64,000 bases of DNA from an uncultured Candidatus Binatia bacterium (GTDB taxonomy: Bacteria; Desulfobacterota; Binatia; UBA9968; CAXXLF01): assembly GCA_965218425.1 (NCBI GenBank), contig OZ244621.1, positions 2,144,001-2,208,000 on the forward strand, given 5' to 3'. Every line of letters starts with the position of its first letter. Position 1 is the first letter of the stretch. The position numbers and the translations under genes are program-made. A model generated the notes under the pieces. That model ran no database searches. It was not told the DNA's origin and saw only the letters and a program-made list of their open reading frames with translations. Below, piece by piece: positions 1-9,636 of this stretch.

Positions 1-29
1 GTGGCGAGCTGCTTTGTTCCATATGGTAG
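1..29 (+). CDS. rpsH: 30S ribosomal protein S8, C-terminal end only
   Basis: Frame 3 reads GELLCSIW* (TAG 27-29), the typical S8 C-terminus, directly before rplF. Confidence 0.85.
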
Positions 30-48
30 GAGGCCGGTAAGGATAATC

Positions 49-594
49 ATGTCACGTATTGGAAAAGCTCCCGTTTCAGTTCCTGACGGCGTTAAGGTGA
101 CGTTGGGTGACGGAGCTGTCAGCGTGGAAGGTCCAAAAGGCAAGCTGATGACCACGGTGCCGGCAAAAATATTGGTCAAAGTTGAGGGAAAGGAACTTAC
201 GGTAAGTCGCGAGTCGGACTCTCCGGGTGACAGGGCCATGCACGGATTGACTCGGAAACTCATCGGAAACATGGTGGAAGGGGTTAGCCGGGGATTCCGT
301 CGCGTGCTGGCAATAAACGGTGTGGGGTATAAGGCAGATGTCAGTGGTCAGAAGTTGAATCTGACTCTGGGATATTCCCATCCCATCGAGTTTGCTTTGC
401 CCCAAGGAGTTACGGCAAAAGTGGATCGACAGACAATGATAACTTTGGAGTCGTCGGACAAACAGGCATTGGGCCAGACTGCTGCCATGATACGGGGCCT
501 AAAGGCCCCGGAACCCTACAAGGGCAAAGGGATTAAGTACCAGGAAGAAGTGATACGCCGTAAGGCCGGGAAGGCAGTAGGGGCTTCCAGCTAA
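49..594 (+). CDS. rplF: 50S ribosomal protein L6
   Basis: MSRIGKAPV start at ATG 49; PEPYKGKGIKY motif. Confidence 0.98.
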   Translation: MSRIGKAPVSVPDGVKVTLGDGAVSVEGPKGKLMTTVPAKILVKVEGKELTVSRESDSPGDRAMHGLTRKLIGNMVEGVSRGFRRVLAINGVGYKADVSGQKLNLTLGYSHPIEFALPQGVTAKVDRQTMITLESSDKQALGQTAAMIRGLKAPEPYKGKGIKYQEEVIRRKAGKAVGASS

Positions 595-615
595 AAATAT
601 CGAACGAGGACTATC

Positions 616-981
616 ATGCTCAGCTATCAGAGGACCCAGGGTCGAGAACGAAGACAGAAAAGGGTCAGGAAAAAAATCCTGGGAACCGACGGCCGTCCGC
701 GTATCTGTGTTTATCGGAGTCACAAGCATATCTATGCCCAGGTTATATCAGACGAAAAAGGAGCCACCCTGGTGTCCATCTCGACCCTCTCGAAAGAATT
801 GAAGGGGGTGGTGGCGAAGGATAAGGGAGTGGATGCGGCCAAAAAGGTGGGAGCTCATTTGGCAGAAGTATGTAAGGGCAAGGGAATCCATAACGTGATC
901 TTTGACCGCAACGGTTTTCTCTTCCATGGCCGGATCAAGGCCTTGGCGGAGGCGGCGCGGGAGGCGGGTCTTAAGTTTTGA
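616..981 (+). CDS. rplR: 50S ribosomal protein L18
   Basis: [16 protein letters not shown] and [24 protein letters not shown] motifs; operon position. Confidence 0.98.
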   Translation: MLSYQRTQGRERRQKRVRKKILGTDGRPRICVYRSHKHIYAQVISDEKGATLVSISTLSKELKGVVAKDKGVDAAKKVGAHLAEVCKGKGIHNVIFDRNGFLFHGRIKALAEAAREAGLKF

Positions 982-1490
982 TTGGGGGAATCTTGGAACG
1001 GGTTGATCCACAAGGCCTAGAGTTAAGAGAAAAAGTCGTTCACATCAGCCGGGTGGCGAAGGTGGTGAAGGGAGGGCGGCGGTTCAGCTTTAATGCTCTG
1101 GTGGTTGTAGGTGACGGCAAGTTGCACGTAGGCTTCGGAATGGGCAAGGCTGGCGAGGTGCCAGAAGCCATTCGCAAAGGGGTGGAGCAGGCCAAGAAGA
1201 ATTTGATCAAGGTCCCCATAATCGACGGGACAATCCCCTTCGAGGTCACGGGTCGGTTTGGTGCGGGGTATGTGATTTTGAAGCCCGCTTCCGAAGGTAC
1301 GGGGGTGATTGCTGGTGGTGGGGTCCGGGCAGTGGTGGAGGCCGCAGGGATCCAAAATGCGCTTACGAAATGCATTGGGTCTAACAATCCGCACAATATG
1401 GTGAAGGCCACCATTGAAGCCCTGAGGGATCTGAAGTCTCCGGAGGAGATCGCTGGCCTCAGGGGCAAGTTGCTATCGGAGCTGCGTTAG
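978..1490 (+). CDS. rpsE: 30S ribosomal protein S5 (start may be TTG 993)
   Basis: [14 protein letters not shown] and GTGVIAGG motifs. Confidence 0.98.
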   Translation: MIGGILERVDPQGLELREKVVHISRVAKVVKGGRRFSFNALVVVGDGKLHVGFGMGKAGEVPEAIRKGVEQAKKNLIKVPIIDGTIPFEVTGRFGAGYVILKPASEGTGVIAGGGVRAVVEAAGIQNALTKCIGSNNPHNMVKATIEALRDLKSPEEIAGLRGKLLSELR

Positions 1491-1503
1491 AGAAAGTATT
1501 CCT

Positions 1504-1953
1504 ATGGATCTCAGTGAATTGGCCGGTATTGCCGAACCCCAAAAGAAGCGAAAGAGAGTGGGGCGCGGGAACGGTTCGGGGCATGGAAAGACCTCCTGCC
1601 GTGGACACAAGGGACAGGGCGCTCGGGCTGGTGGCGGAACTCGTCCTGGATTCGAAGGCGGACAGATGCCTTTGCAAAGACGCATTCCGAAGCGGGGCTT
1701 CCACAGTCCTTTCAAAAAGAGATATTCCTTGATCAATGTGGGTCAGTTGGAGGTGCTGGATGCGGGCAGCGAGGTTTCACCGGAACTATTATGTGGCCGC
1801 GGGCTAGTGAGTAGCCGGGGTGATGGGGTGAAAATTCTGGGCAACGGAAGTCTCAGCAAGGCCTTGACCGTTAAGGCCCACGGTTTTTCGTCGAAAGCCA
1901 AAGAAAAGATCGAGGCTGCAGGCGGACGGGTAGAAGCACTTTCCCATGCTTGA
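1504..1953 (+). CDS. rplO: 50S ribosomal protein L15
   Basis: [13 protein letters not shown] and [18 protein letters not shown]. Confidence 0.98.
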   Translation: MDLSELAGIAEPQKKRKRVGRGNGSGHGKTSCRGHKGQGARAGGGTRPGFEGGQMPLQRRIPKRGFHSPFKKRYSLINVGQLEVLDAGSEVSPELLCGRGLVSSRGDGVKILGNGSLSKALTVKAHGFSSKAKEKIEAAGGRVEALSHA

Positions 1954-3256
1954 AGGTTTTCAAAGCGCAGGCAAAATTCCCGAGCTCAGGCGGAGAATAC
2001 TTTTTACTCTGGCGATGCTTGCGGTTTATCGGATGGGAGTGGCCATCCCCACCCCCGGAATTGACCGGCAGGCGTTAGCTGCTTTTTTTGCGCAGATTGA
2101 AAACACCATTTTCGGTTTGGTCAACCTGTTCTCAGGCGGGGCGTTTGAACAGTTTTCTGTGTTTTCTCTGGGCATTATGCCCTACATTAGCGCCTCGATT
2201 ATTCTGCAGCTTCTGACGGTGGTCTTTCCTTATTTAGAAAGACTTTCCAAGGAGGGAGAGGTCGGACGAAGAAAGATCACGCAGTACACGCGGTATGGTA
2301 CCATTTTTCTCTCCGTCGTGCAGGGATTGATGATCAGCATTGGATTGGAAAGCACGCGGGGTCCAGGTGGAGAAGCCATCGTTTTGAATCCTGGATGGGA
2401 TTTTCGTTTAATGACAGTTATTACCTTAACCTCCGGGACCGCGTTTATTATGTGGCTGGGTGAACAAATAACAGAACGGGGAATTGGCAACGGCATTTCA
2501 TTGATCATTTTTGCGGGTATTGTGGCCCGACTCCCCTCGGGTATCTTCACCACCATACAGTATGTCCGCGAGGGCGAACTGATGCCGCTGGTGGTCCTGT
2601 TCATTCTGGTTCTGGTGGTTGGAGTCGTAGGAGTGATCATTTTTGTAGAACGGGGACAGAGACGGATTCCGGTCCAGTATGCCAAGAGGGTTGTGGGGCG
2701 AAGGATGTATGGGGGGCAAACCTCCCATTTGCCGCTAAAGATCAATACCTCCGGTGTGATCCCTGTGATATTTGCTTCATCGGTGCTTATTTTTCCTGCG
2801 ACCATTGCCCAATTCGTCCAGCATCCATGGGCCCAAACGGCTGCTGCCTATCTGGCCCCTGGCCGATTGCTCAACGATGTTCTTTATGTGGGTTTGATTA
2901 TCTTTTTCTGTTATTTTTATACGGCAGTGGTGTTTAATCCTTCGGATGTGGCCGAAAACATGAGGAAGTCCGGGGGATATATACCCGGTATTCGACCCGG
3001 GCAAAAGACAGCGGAATTTATCGATCGGGTGCTATCAAAGATCACCCTTGGCGGGGCCATTTACCTTTCCGCGGTAGCCCTATTGCCCACCTTATTAATT
3101 AGTCAGATGAATGTTCCCTTCTTTTTCGGGGGAACGGCGCTTCTTATTGTGGTTGGAGTTGGCTTGGATACGGTGGCCCAGGTTGAGACACATATGATTT
3201 CAAGGAACTATGAAGGATTCATGAAACGAGGCCGTCTCCGAGGCAGGATGGGTTAG
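1946..3256 (+). CDS. secY: Preprotein translocase subunit SecY
   Basis: [43 protein letters not shown]; multiple TM segments. Confidence 0.99.
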   Translation: MLEGFQSAGKIPELRRRILFTLAMLAVYRMGVAIPTPGIDRQALAAFFAQIENTIFGLVNLFSGGAFEQFSVFSLGIMPYISASIILQLLTVVFPYLERLSKEGEVGRRKITQYTRYGTIFLSVVQGLMISIGLESTRGPGGEAIVLNPGWDFRLMTVITLTSGTAFIMWLGEQITERGIGNGISLIIFAGIVARLPSGIFTTIQYVREGELMPLVVLFILVLVVGVVGVIIFVERGQRRIPVQYAKRVVGRRMYGGQTSHLPLKINTSGVIPVIFASSVLIFPATIAQFVQHPWAQTAAAYLAPGRLLNDVLYVGLIIFFCYFYTAVVFNPSDVAENMRKSGGYIPGIRPGQKTAEFIDRVLSKITLGGAIYLSAVALLPTLLISQMNVPFFFGGTALLIVVGVGLDTVAQVETHMISRNYEGFMKRGRLRGRMG

Positions 3257-3276
3257 TGAATTGATCGGGAAAAATA

Positions 3277-3930
3277 GTGCGGCTGGTTCTTTTAGGTTCA
3301 CCTGGGGCGGGAAAAGGAACCCAGGCAAAATTTATCCAAGAGCGGTTTGGGATTCCTCAGATATCGACGGGCGATATCCTCAGGAAAACGGTGAGTGATC
3401 ATACGATCCTTGGAAATAAGGCGAGTGGCTACATTCAAGAAGGAAAGCTGGTTCCTGACGACTTGATCTTGGACATGATAACGGAGCGTTTATCGGCTGA
3501 CGATTGCGCCAAGGGGTATATCCTGGATGGATTTCCCAGAACGGTGCCGCAAGCTCTGGGGCTGGAGACGTGGCTTAAGGGTCTCCCCTCCCAATTGGAC
3601 CGGGTGCTTTACTTCAATGTTCCTGAAGAGGTCCTCATTCAGAGACTGGAGGGGCGGCGGACCTGCAGGGATTGCGGAACCCTTTATCACTTAGTTTTTA
3701 ATCCACCTCGCCAGGCGGGGATCTGTGACGATTGCGACGGAGAACTTTACCAGCGAGAAGACGATCAGGAGGAGATCATCAGAAGAAGGCTGGAAACCTA
3801 TAAGGTTCAAACTGCCCCCTTGATCGAACACTACCGAGTAAGGGATCTTTTGACGGAAATTAATGGAGATGGAAGGGTAGAAAGTATCAAGGACCATGTG
3901 TTGGACTCCTTAGGATACGGCGCAGGATGA
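3277..3930 (+). CDS. adk: Adenylate kinase with Zn-binding LID
   Basis: GSPGAGKGTQ P-loop, ISTGDILR, LDGFPRT, CRDC..CDDC. Confidence 0.98.
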   Translation: MRLVLLGSPGAGKGTQAKFIQERFGIPQISTGDILRKTVSDHTILGNKASGYIQEGKLVPDDLILDMITERLSADDCAKGYILDGFPRTVPQALGLETWLKGLPSQLDRVLYFNVPEEVLIQRLEGRRTCRDCGTLYHLVFNPPRQAGICDDCDGELYQREDDQEEIIRRRLETYKVQTAPLIEHYRVRDLLTEINGDGRVESIKDHVLDSLGYGAG

Positions 3931-4685
3931 TTGTTCTCAAATCAGCGCGGGAAATTGAAGTGATGCGCCGAGCCAACGTGATCGTCGCTGAGATTTTAGC
4001 GAGGTTAAGAGAAGCAGTTGTCCCTGGAATCACCACCTTGGACCTGGATCGCATGGCGGAGGAGTTAACGTATAAGAAAAACGCCAAGCCGGCGTTTAAA
4101 GGGTACGCCGTGGCAGGACGGGTTTATCCTTATAGCCTTTGTACGTCGGTGAACGAAGAGGTGGTTCATGGAATGCCGTCCAAACGAGTTCTCAAGGAGG
4201 GGGATATTCTAGGGATGGATTTTGGGGTGATTGTGGACGGCTTTTATGGGGATTCTGCGGTGACTGTGGCTGTGGGACGGGCCAGTGAAGCAGCTGAACG
4301 TTTAATGCAGGTTACCCGGGATTCTCTCTACCGAGGGATCGACGAGCTTCACGAAGGAAAAAGATTGGGGGATCTCTCTTCGGCCATCCAGAACCTGGTC
4401 GAAGATGCGGGGTTTTCAGTGGTGCGGGAATTTGTGGGCCATGGAATTGGTAAGAAGCTCCATGAGGAACCTCCAGTTCCCAATTATGGTGAGTCGGGCC
4501 GTGGTCCTCGGCTCATGGAAGGCATGGTCCTTGCCATTGAACCCATGGTCAATGCCGGGAAACCTGAGGTGGAGCTCAAAGAGGATGGATGGACGGCAGT
4601 GACCAGAGATCGAAGCCTGGCCGCTCACTTTGAACATTCGGTGGCCATCACAAAAAATGGTCCGGATATCTTGAGTCGAATTTGA
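3927..4685 (+). CDS. map: Methionine aminopeptidase type I
   Basis: SVNEEVVHGMP, GHGIG..LHEEP, AIEPM, AHFEHSV. Confidence 0.98.
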   Translation: MIVLKSAREIEVMRRANVIVAEILARLREAVVPGITTLDLDRMAEELTYKKNAKPAFKGYAVAGRVYPYSLCTSVNEEVVHGMPSKRVLKEGDILGMDFGVIVDGFYGDSAVTVAVGRASEAAERLMQVTRDSLYRGIDELHEGKRLGDLSSAIQNLVEDAGFSVVREFVGHGIGKKLHEEPPVPNYGESGRGPRLMEGMVLAIEPMVNAGKPEVELKEDGWTAVTRDRSLAAHFEHSVAITKNGPDILSRI

Positions 4686-4709
4686 GGCGGTAGACGAAGA
4701 AAACCTTGT

Positions 4710-4928
4710 ATGGCGAAACAGGATGCCATTGAAGCAACAGGGACAGTGTTGGAGACTCTTCCCAATGCCATGTTCAGGGTGGAGCTGGAAAACGGTCACA
4801 GAGTTCTGGCTCATATTTCGGGGAAGATGCGTATGCACTATATTAAAATTCTGCCAGGGGATAAGGTAAAGATTGAGTTGTCTCCTTATGACCTAGGAAG
4901 AGGAAGAATTGTCTATCGGGAAAGGTAA
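4710..4928 (+). CDS. infA: Translation initiation factor IF-1
   Basis: [25 protein letters not shown]. Confidence 0.99.
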   Translation: MAKQDAIEATGTVLETLPNAMFRVELENGHRVLAHISGKMRMHYIKILPGDKVKIELSPYDLGRGRIVYRER

Positions 4929-4951
4929 CCGGGTAGCAGAGACGAACTGAA

Positions 4952-5065
4952 ATGAAAGTCAGGGCATCGGTAAAAAAAATCTGCAGCAAATGTAAGATCA
5001 TTCTTCGAAGAGGAGTGGTTCGGGTACTGTGTGTCAATCCCAGACATAAACAGAGGCAAGGCTGA
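4952..5065 (+). CDS. rpmJ: 50S ribosomal protein L36 (Zn-ribbon form; below the ORF-track cutoff)
   Basis: Manual translation [37 protein letters not shown]. Confidence 0.98.
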   Translation: MKVRASVKKICSKCKIILRRGVVRVLCVNPRHKQRQG

Positions 5066-5070
5066 TTAAT

Positions 5071-5161
5071 ACTGAGTGACGAGTTCTGAGTACCGAGCAA
5101 TGAAGATTGAATACAGAGGATTGACGATCACGGAAAGAATGCATAGCGCTAAGCGCAGAGT
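5071..5161. repeat. Degenerate 7-bp tandem array between rpmJ and rpsM
   Basis: actgagt gacgagt tctgagt accgagc aatgaag attgaat acagagg attgacg atcacgg aaagaat gcatagc gctaagc gcagagt; GA at positions 4-5 in 10 of 13 units. Confidence 0.7.
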
Positions 5162-5178
5162 GCAAATCGGAGGTTAGT

Positions 5179-5556
5179 ATGGCACGTATCTCGGGTGTTG
5201 AATTACCCAAGAATAAACGAATGGAAGTCGCGCTGACTTATATTTATGGTATTGGACGGAGCGGCTCGCGGTCGATTCTCCAGCAGGCCGGGATCCAATT
5301 GGAGACCAACAGCGATAAACTCACTGATGATGAAGTGGTTAGGATCAGAAAGGTTCTCGACCAGGGCGTAAAGGTTGAAGGCGATCTCAGGCGAGAGATC
5401 GCGGGGGATATCAAACGTCACATGGAAATGGGTTCATATCGCGGACTGCGTCACCGCAGGGGATTGCCCGTTAGGGGGCAGCGAACCCATACCAACGGGC
5501 GGACCAGGAGGGGGCCGCGTAGAACGGTGGCCGGAAAAAAGCAGGCGCCGAAATAA
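5179..5556 (+). CDS. rpsM: 30S ribosomal protein S13
   Basis: [27 protein letters not shown]. Confidence 0.99.
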   Translation: MARISGVELPKNKRMEVALTYIYGIGRSGSRSILQQAGIQLETNSDKLTDDEVVRIRKVLDQGVKVEGDLRREIAGDIKRHMEMGSYRGLRHRRGLPVRGQRTHTNGRTRRGPRRTVAGKKQAPK

Positions 5557-5617
5557 GATTCCCATTGAGTCCAGGGGAGAAACAGTGCGGAGGGGTAAAA
5601 ACCCTTAAGGAGAGGCC

Positions 5618-6076
5618 ATGGCAAAAGACGAAACACAGGAAGAAAAAAAGGCCGGTGCAGGTGATGGTGCAATAGTTGGCGAAAAGCCGGCGGAGAAAGT
5701 CGCTGCTAAAAAACGGAAGGGGAGAAAGAACGTATCTGAGGGTGTTGCTCACATCCACTCCACGTTTAACAACACCATTGTGAGCATCACGGATGTTCAT
5801 GGGGGTGTGGTGGCTTGGTCCAGCGCAGGTGCCATGGGGTTCAAGGGATCTCGTAAGGGGACTCCCTTTGCAGCTCAAAGGGCTGCCGATAGCGTTGCCA
5901 GGAAAGCCATGGACCACGGCATGCATTCCGTACAGGTATATGTGCGAGGACCGGGCGCGGGAAGAGATTCCGCCCTAAGGTCTCTTCAATTAGCTGGATT
6001 GAACATTAGTCTGATCAAGGATGTGACCCCGATCCCTCACAACGGTTGTCGGCCGCCAAAGCGGAGAAGGGTGTGA
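5618..6076 (+). CDS. rpsK: 30S ribosomal protein S11 with N-terminal extension
   Basis: [40 protein letters not shown]. Confidence 0.98.
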   Translation: MAKDETQEEKKAGAGDGAIVGEKPAEKVAAKKRKGRKNVSEGVAHIHSTFNNTIVSITDVHGGVVAWSSAGAMGFKGSRKGTPFAAQRAADSVARKAMDHGMHSVQVYVRGPGAGRDSALRSLQLAGLNISLIKDVTPIPHNGCRPPKRRRV

Positions 6077-6181
6077 GGAACTGAGATTAGAAAAATCGAA
6101 GATCGAAAATAAAAGATGGAAATCAAACGTCGGTGGTCAGAGCACTTAAGGGAGGCAGCATGCAACATATAGGAGTAAGCA

Positions 6182-6808
6182 TTGGCTAGATATGTACGTT
6201 CAGTTTGTCGTCTGTGTCGACGAGAAAATATCAAGCTCTTTTTAAAGGGGGAGCGGTGTTATACCGATAAGTGTGCCATTGAGCGCAGGAACTACCCACC
6301 TGGGGAGCACGGCCAGTCCAGGCAGAAGTATTCCGAGTACAAGATCCAGTTGCGCGAGAAGCAAAAAGTTAAGCGCATGTACGGTCTTTTGGAAAAACAG
6401 TTCCGTAGCACGTTTACTTTGGCAGAAAAAGCAAAAGGGATTACGGGTGAAGCCCTGTTGGAATATCTGGAGCGACGGTTGGATAACGTTACTTACCGTC
6501 TCAGCTTTGCCAGTTCCCGTGCAGACGCGCGACTGCTGGTGAGGCACGGACATATCCTGGTGAATGGAAGGTCAGTGACCATACCCTCCTGTTTTGTCCG
6601 AGCTGGGGATGTGGTTTCAGTTAAAGAAGGGAGTCGCAAGATCATGCGGATTTTATCCGCCGTGGATGGGGCTCAGAGGCGTGGTGTGCCGGAGTGGGCG
6701 GACCTGGATCGAGACGCCTTCGCGGGTACGATCAAGGTGCTGCCCACACGAGGAGACATCACGACGCCCATTAACGAGAAACTGATTGTTGAACTCTATT
6801 CTAAGTGA
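6182..6808 (+). CDS. rpsD: 30S ribosomal protein S4
   Basis: [30 protein letters not shown]. Confidence 0.98.
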   Translation: MARYVRSVCRLCRRENIKLFLKGERCYTDKCAIERRNYPPGEHGQSRQKYSEYKIQLREKQKVKRMYGLLEKQFRSTFTLAEKAKGITGEALLEYLERRLDNVTYRLSFASSRADARLLVRHGHILVNGRSVTIPSCFVRAGDVVSVKEGSRKIMRILSAVDGAQRRGVPEWADLDRDAFAGTIKVLPTRGDITTPINEKLIVELYSK

Positions 6809-6830
6809 TCCAGGAAATAGTGGAGACCTT

Positions 6831-7850
6831 ATGATTAAGAATTGGATTGAATTAACCAAGCCCACCAGGCTGGAACTAGACGAAAAATCCCTTACCCCGA
6901 CCTACGGTAAGTTCTATGGAGAGCCTTTTGAAAGGGGTTATGGGCAGACCATCGGCAATGCTCTCAGAAGGATCTTGCTTTCCTCTCTCATGGGAGCAGC
7001 CATAACGTCTGTGCGAATGAAGGGGGTTCTGCACGAGTTCTCAACCATCGAGGGAGTCACGGAGGATGTGACCGATATCATTCTTAACCTCAAACAGGTG
7101 CGTATCAAACTGAACGAAGTGGAAAGAGAGACGCTAAAACTTCAAGCCAAAGGTCCTAAAACCATTACTGCGAAGGATATCCAGACCGGTCCCCATGTGG
7201 AAGTGATCAACCCGGAGCAGCACATCGCCACCCTGTCGCGCGCAGGGGAGCTGGATATGGAGTTAACCGCCAAGATGGGGCGAGGATACGTACCAGGTGA
7301 GCGAAACAAAAAGGAGGATGCCCCTGTGGACACCATCTTCCTGGATGCGATTTTTTCACCCATCCAGAAGGTGAATTTTAATATCACCAATGCAAGAGTC
7401 GGCCAGCGAACCGACTTTGACCGGTTGGTGTTGGAGATCTGGTCTGATGGCAGTGTAAAGCCGGAAGACGCCCTGGCCTTTGGAGCCAAGATCCTACAGG
7501 AACAACTCAACGTATTTATTAATTTTGAGGAAGAGAGGCAGCATCCAGCGACCGGAACGGATGCGGCGGCGTCTCTCAATGAGCATCTTTTCCGGAGTGT
7601 CGACGAGTTGGAGTTCTCAGTCCGATCCCAAAACTGCTTGCAAAGCGCCGATATCAAATACATCGGTGAACTTGTGCAAAAGACGGAACAGGAAATGCTA
7701 AAAACCAAGAACTTTGGCCGAAAATCACTTAACGAAATCAAAGAGGTCCTCCACGAAATGGGACTGGAAATTGGCATGAACTTGGATCACTTCCCGACTC
7801 GAGAGGAGCTCGACAGTCGAAGGCAGGCAAAACATAAAGAGACCGCGTAG
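6831..7850 (+). CDS. rpoA: RNA polymerase alpha subunit
   Basis: [22 protein letters not shown]; alpha-[18 protein letters not shown] 6831 after GGAG. Confidence 0.99.
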   Translation: MIKNWIELTKPTRLELDEKSLTPTYGKFYGEPFERGYGQTIGNALRRILLSSLMGAAITSVRMKGVLHEFSTIEGVTEDVTDIILNLKQVRIKLNEVERETLKLQAKGPKTITAKDIQTGPHVEVINPEQHIATLSRAGELDMELTAKMGRGYVPGERNKKEDAPVDTIFLDAIFSPIQKVNFNITNARVGQRTDFDRLVLEIWSDGSVKPEDALAFGAKILQEQLNVFINFEEERQHPATGTDAAASLNEHLFRSVDELEFSVRSQNCLQSADIKYIGELVQKTEQEMLKTKNFGRKSLNEIKEVLHEMGLEIGMNLDHFPTREELDSRRQAKHKETA

Positions 7851-7853
7851 ATT

Positions 7854-8318
7854 ATGCGTCACCTTAAAAAAGGAAGAAAACTCAACCGTAACTCAAGCCA
7901 CCGTACAGCCATGATGCGGAACCTGGTGACTTCGTTACTGCATCACGGTCGAATCGAAACGACCGATGCAAAGGCGAAGGAGCTGAGGCGCTGGGCGGAT
8001 TGGATGATTGGCCTGGGCAAGGATGGAAGCCTCCATGCACGCCGCCGGGCTTTGGCCGTGATTCAGGACAAGGCCGTGGTAGCCAAACTCTTTGATTCCA
8101 TCGGCCCCCGTTTTAAGGACCGCCCTGGAGGCTACACCCACGCGGTGAAGATCGGGTTGCGCCGCGGGGATAATGCCTCCATTTCATTGGTGGAGATCCT
8201 CCCGGAAAGTGAAACTGTGAGGGCTGATACCCCCTCGGAAGGCGGGACGCGGAGGAGACGACCCGTCGCAAAGAAGACCGCGCCAAAGAAGCAAGCCAAA
8301 TCGAGCGCCATAGCATAG
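7854..8318 (+). CDS. rplQ: 50S ribosomal protein L17
   Basis: MRHLKKGRKLNR, IETTDAKAKE, RPGGYT. Confidence 0.98.
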   Translation: MRHLKKGRKLNRNSSHRTAMMRNLVTSLLHHGRIETTDAKAKELRRWADWMIGLGKDGSLHARRRALAVIQDKAVVAKLFDSIGPRFKDRPGGYTHAVKIGLRRGDNASISLVEILPESETVRADTPSEGGTRRRRPVAKKTAPKKQAKSSAIA

Positions 8319-8520
8319 CCATTTCTCGTCACTTTCAGAGCCACGTTTTATTCACCTTCGTCGCCGAAGCGGGTGCGAAAGCGGACTGTGCCGGAGAAAT
8401 GAAGGATACCACGGGGATAAGCCTGTGGAAGCTTCAAAACCGCTGGACCGGCGTTGCTCAAAGTGGAATCTCTTTTTTTTCCGAGGCGGGGTGTGATATG
8501 AAGGTTTGCGGTAAAAATTT

Positions 8521-8886
8521 ATGGCTCTTTTGCGTCACTCTCTCAAAAACCTTCTCCGACTAGAAATTCGTGATGGGTCTCTGGAATCTCTACAATGGAA
8601 GGATTTTGGGACTGGTGTGTCCATGGCCAGGCTGGCTCGTGAGGATCGAAGAGAGCTAGTTTTGTACCGGGTCACAGATGGCGCTAAACCGCAAGCCTTT
8701 TTGCCTCACGAACATATAGGAGGCGAGTTCTACCTTGTGGTCAAGGGTGCAATAGAGGATGAAACCGGGGTTTACAGCGAGGGAGATATTGTCTATCTTG
8801 ACCCTGCATCGGTTCATACACCCCGGGCTGTGGGGGAGGCTGTAATATTGGTCCTTTGGCCCGCCGGGGTCAGGATCGTGAAGTGA
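8521..8886 (+). CDS. Cupin-domain protein (ChrR-like)
   Basis: PHEHIGGEFYLVVKG...GDIVYLDPASVHTP cupin motifs. Confidence 0.75.
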   Translation: MALLRHSLKNLLRLEIRDGSLESLQWKDFGTGVSMARLAREDRRELVLYRVTDGAKPQAFLPHEHIGGEFYLVVKGAIEDETGVYSEGDIVYLDPASVHTPRAVGEAVILVLWPAGVRIVK

Positions 8887-8952
8887 GAAGAGATCTACCC
8901 AGGACAGAGAAATGAGTTTCCTGGTTCCATACCCCAAAGGTGATTGACCACA

Positions 8953-9500
8953 ATGGCACCAACAGAGCGACTGTCCCGATTCCTGAGTTTTTTGCTTCGT
9001 CACCGGCCTGAAGATTACCCACTGGGGTTCGATGACTGAGGATTCGTTCCCTTGAAGGGGCTCGTGAACAGAGTCCAGGATCGTTTTCCAGAGGTGGATG
9101 ACTCTGCGATCCTAGGGATCATTGAGGGATTGGACAAAACTCGGTTTGAGTTCAGGGAAGGAATGGTCCGTGCCACCTATGGTCATGCCTTTCCAATCGG
9201 TCTAGAACCACCAAGAGAATCTCCCCCGCAATGCCTATCCTGTGGGACGACTCAGGATCTCGCAAAATCGATTCTGGAGGATGGCCTCAAACCACGGGAA
9301 CATCAGTTTGTACATCTCAGCCTGTCCCTCAAGAGGCCAATGCCGTGGGAAAGAGGCGCGATCCTATTCCGGCTGTTTTGGTGGTTCAGTCCCTGGCAAC
9401 TCATACCCAAGGTGTCCACTTCTATCACTCCGGTCCATTGTTCCTAACCGAGGGGATCCCAGCTAAATTCTTGTCCCTGTTGAAGGGGCAATCGGCTTGA
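8953..9500 (+). pseudogene. kptA: RNA 2'-phosphotransferase (KptA/Tpt1) pseudogene
   Basis: ERLSRFLSFLLRHRP, then in-frame TGA 9037-9039, RATYGH, VHLS, and a frameshift near 9330 into the AVGKRR...GIPAKFL frame; the HGT motif reads CGT. Confidence 0.85.
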
Positions 9501-9636
9501 TTTGGGAGTAGAAAAACGTTATAAATGCGGGCACTTAAGTCCGCCGCATTATTCGAATTGACTTCGGATTGACGAGCGGTGTGTTCATCTGGGGGGAATG
9601 CCCAGCTGGAGCAGTGGGGAATGGTAAAAGGCGAAA

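Noticed and set aside
8412..8432. Pair of DnaA-box-like words (cggggataa, tgtggaagc) after rplQ
   Set aside because: Only two mismatched boxes and no AT-rich unwinding region
9037..9039. In-frame TGA read as selenocysteine in kptA
   Set aside because: Not a Cys position, and the gene has a further frameshift and motif loss
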